A stretch of DNA of 36,528 nt from a virus (Duplodnaviria; Caudoviricetes), in IMG/VR virus record IMGVR_UViG_3300010398_000020, positions 1 through 36,528 of that record. The stretch is one strand, 5' to 3'. The notes beneath the pieces are model-generated. The model saw only the letters and a program-made list of their open reading frames with translations, searched no databases and was not told the origin of the DNA. Below, in pieces: positions 35,399-36,528 of this stretch (positions are counted from its first letter, which is position 1; each line of letters opens with the position of its first letter). Made by a program: the position numbers and the translations under genes.

Positions 35399-35573
35399 GA
35401 CCAACCGCTCGCGAGACGCGCTCAATCGCTTCCGCAATGCGGCCGGGGTTGACATCAAACAGATCGGCAAGCGTGTGTTGCGCGATGCCTTTGATTAAAT
35501 GAAAATACGCAACCTTGATTTCTTCGTCGGGGCTCAATCCGGTTTTATCAATATGACCACGGGCCTTGCTCAT
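35391..35573 (-). CDS. Small HTH DNA-binding protein
   Basis: GIAQHTLADLFDVNPGRIAEAI fits an HTH pattern. Confidence 0.75.
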   Translation of the reverse strand: MSKARGHIDKTGLSPDEEIKVAYFHLIKGIAQHTLADLFDVNPGRIAEAIERVSRAVGHE

Positions 35574-35731
35574 CGCCCGTTCTCAATTTCCTTCAACGCC
35601 TTGGTCATCTCCGCCTTGCTGCGGTTGATGCTCCGTACCAGATCGAGCGAAAACAAAATCCCCTGCGAGTGAACCGGCTCCACTCCCGCTCGCGCGTACT
35701 CCCGTAACATCGTGTTTTCGTTCGCCAGCAT
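35570..35731 (-). CDS. Small hypothetical protein (overlaps the tail of the upstream ORF)
   Basis: Ends in ATGA coupling with 35573. Start uncertain. Confidence 0.45.
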   Translation of the reverse strand: MLANENTMLREYARAGVEPVHSQGILFSLDLVRSINRSKAEMTKALKEIENGR

Positions 35732-35978
35732 CGAGGCGGCGGCAGGTGGCTCGGTACTCATAATTAAATGCGCCCAAGCGTTTTTGTGTGAGGTATAGCC
35801 GATCACGTGCGCGCCAGACCGCGCGTTGTAAGTCGCTAAGGATAACCGCTTTTGGCGACGCAACGCCAACCTTATCCAGCGGAAGAAAACCGACATGATA
35901 CAAAACCGTCTGACCCGGCTCCGCATACTTCAGGAACGCAGCTAACGCGCCGGGTGTCGTCGCCTCAAACAAGATCAT
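35583..35978 (-). CDS. Hypothetical phage protein
   Basis: A.PG...YH.G.L..D...L.Q.R.G...Y.Y.A globular part. AAGGT RBS before ATG 35978. Confidence 0.65.
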   Translation of the reverse strand: MILFEATTPGALAAFLKYAEPGQTVLYHVGFLPLDKVGVASPKAVILSDLQRAVWRARDRLYLTQKRLGAFNYEYRATCRRLDAGERKHDVTGVRASGSGAGSLAGDFVFARSGTEHQPQQGGDDQGVEGN

Positions 35979-36260
35979 GTGTTGTGACCTTGTTCGCATT
36001 CACATATGTAGTAGTCCGCTAACCGAATACCAACCGTCGTTGTCCTCGGCTCCCGTCGCGACGGGGAGGGGCATAGCGGGTTTGACTTTCCTGCCCTCGG
36101 AAACCGTGCGTCCCCGACGGGCTTGTGGACCCGCCGGGGACTAAGCGAAGCGCGCTCGTTGGAGTAACGCGCCGCCGCCTCTGGAAATGGGTGGCCGGCA
36201 CCGGTTGACAACAAACTGGACCGAAACCGGTGCCGGCCGGTTGTGCTTTCACACAACATA
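35975..36260 (-). ncRNA. Candidate structured leader or non-coding RNA
   Basis: Four hairpins in 220 nt, including a GAAA tetraloop and G.U pairs that only work on the minus strand. No convincing CDS. Confidence 0.45.
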
Positions 36261-36528
36261 ATCAAACCATCAATCCCATCATCCGCGGTGACGGCAACGC
36301 CCCGTTGCGGATCGCCATCGCATACCGCAACTTGGCGCCGCGCAACCGCCGCTCCGGTGACCGCGCGCCCGTCACCCGACGACCTTGGCCGGGACGGCCG
36401 GCCTTTTTACTGCCATATCCGCCTCCAATGGGTCCCGCGGTGCCGGTTCCATGTCGGCCGAAAATGCACTCCGCTTACTGCTCCGGGCACCGTGAAACCG
36501 TTTCTGAGAGCCACCGACGACCGCGGAA

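Larger units (their letters stand above)
1..36528. mobile_element. Tailed dsDNA bacteriophage genome segment (podovirus-like; probably incomplete)
   Basis: Co-oriented terminase-portal-scaffold-capsid-adaptor-tail-ejection-fibre-lysis order. No tape-measure or sheath gene recognised. YqaJ/RecT pair, RusA and many ATGA-coupled small ORFs. No host housekeeping genes. Confidence 0.96.

Noticed and set aside
36263-36528. Chain of very short minus-strand ORFs (e.g. MAVKRPAVPAKVVG after GGAGG) at the window edge
   Set aside because: Too short, and truncated by the window end, to support a call.
1-36528. tRNA, CRISPR array, diversity-generating retroelement, integrase, DNA polymerase/primase
   Set aside because: I found no cloverleaf, repeat-spacer array, RT motif, recombinase motif or replication motif by eye. 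They may lie outside the window.

Overview
The window is a large part of a GC-rich tailed dsDNA phage genome, probably podovirus-like and from an alphaproteobacterial host (inferred from a PEPxxWA-CTERM gene, a canonical parS site and apparent GANTC depletion). Positions 1-7.1 kb form an early/accessory region: small ORFs, HTH/Cro-like regulators, a PEP-CTERM protein, a YqaJ exonuclease with RecT, and Zn-binding proteins. From 36.0 kb down to 7.2 kb runs one long minus-strand arm: small genes (including Acb2/Tad1-like, DUF4177-like and RusA), terminase large subunit, portal, scaffold, major capsid, head-tail and tail proteins, three probable ejection proteins, fibre genes, a holin-like gene and an amidase+DPBB endolysin. 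I could not recognise an integrase, replication gene, small terminase, tRNA or CRISPR array. The main unusual observations are: (1) a perfect 16-bp chromosomal parS site (TGTTTCACGTGAAACA) inside the RecT linker; (2) two large tail-fibre-like proteins with Sec signal peptides and paired cysteines; (3) a self-contained promoter-to-terminator cassette between portal and head genes encoding two protamine-like Arg-rich micropeptides missed by the ORF track; (4) a phage-borne PEP-CTERM protein; (5) an Acb2/Tad1-like anti-defence sponge; (6) a ~280-nt structured RNA at the head of the long operon. All family calls come from motif recognition by eye, not database searches.
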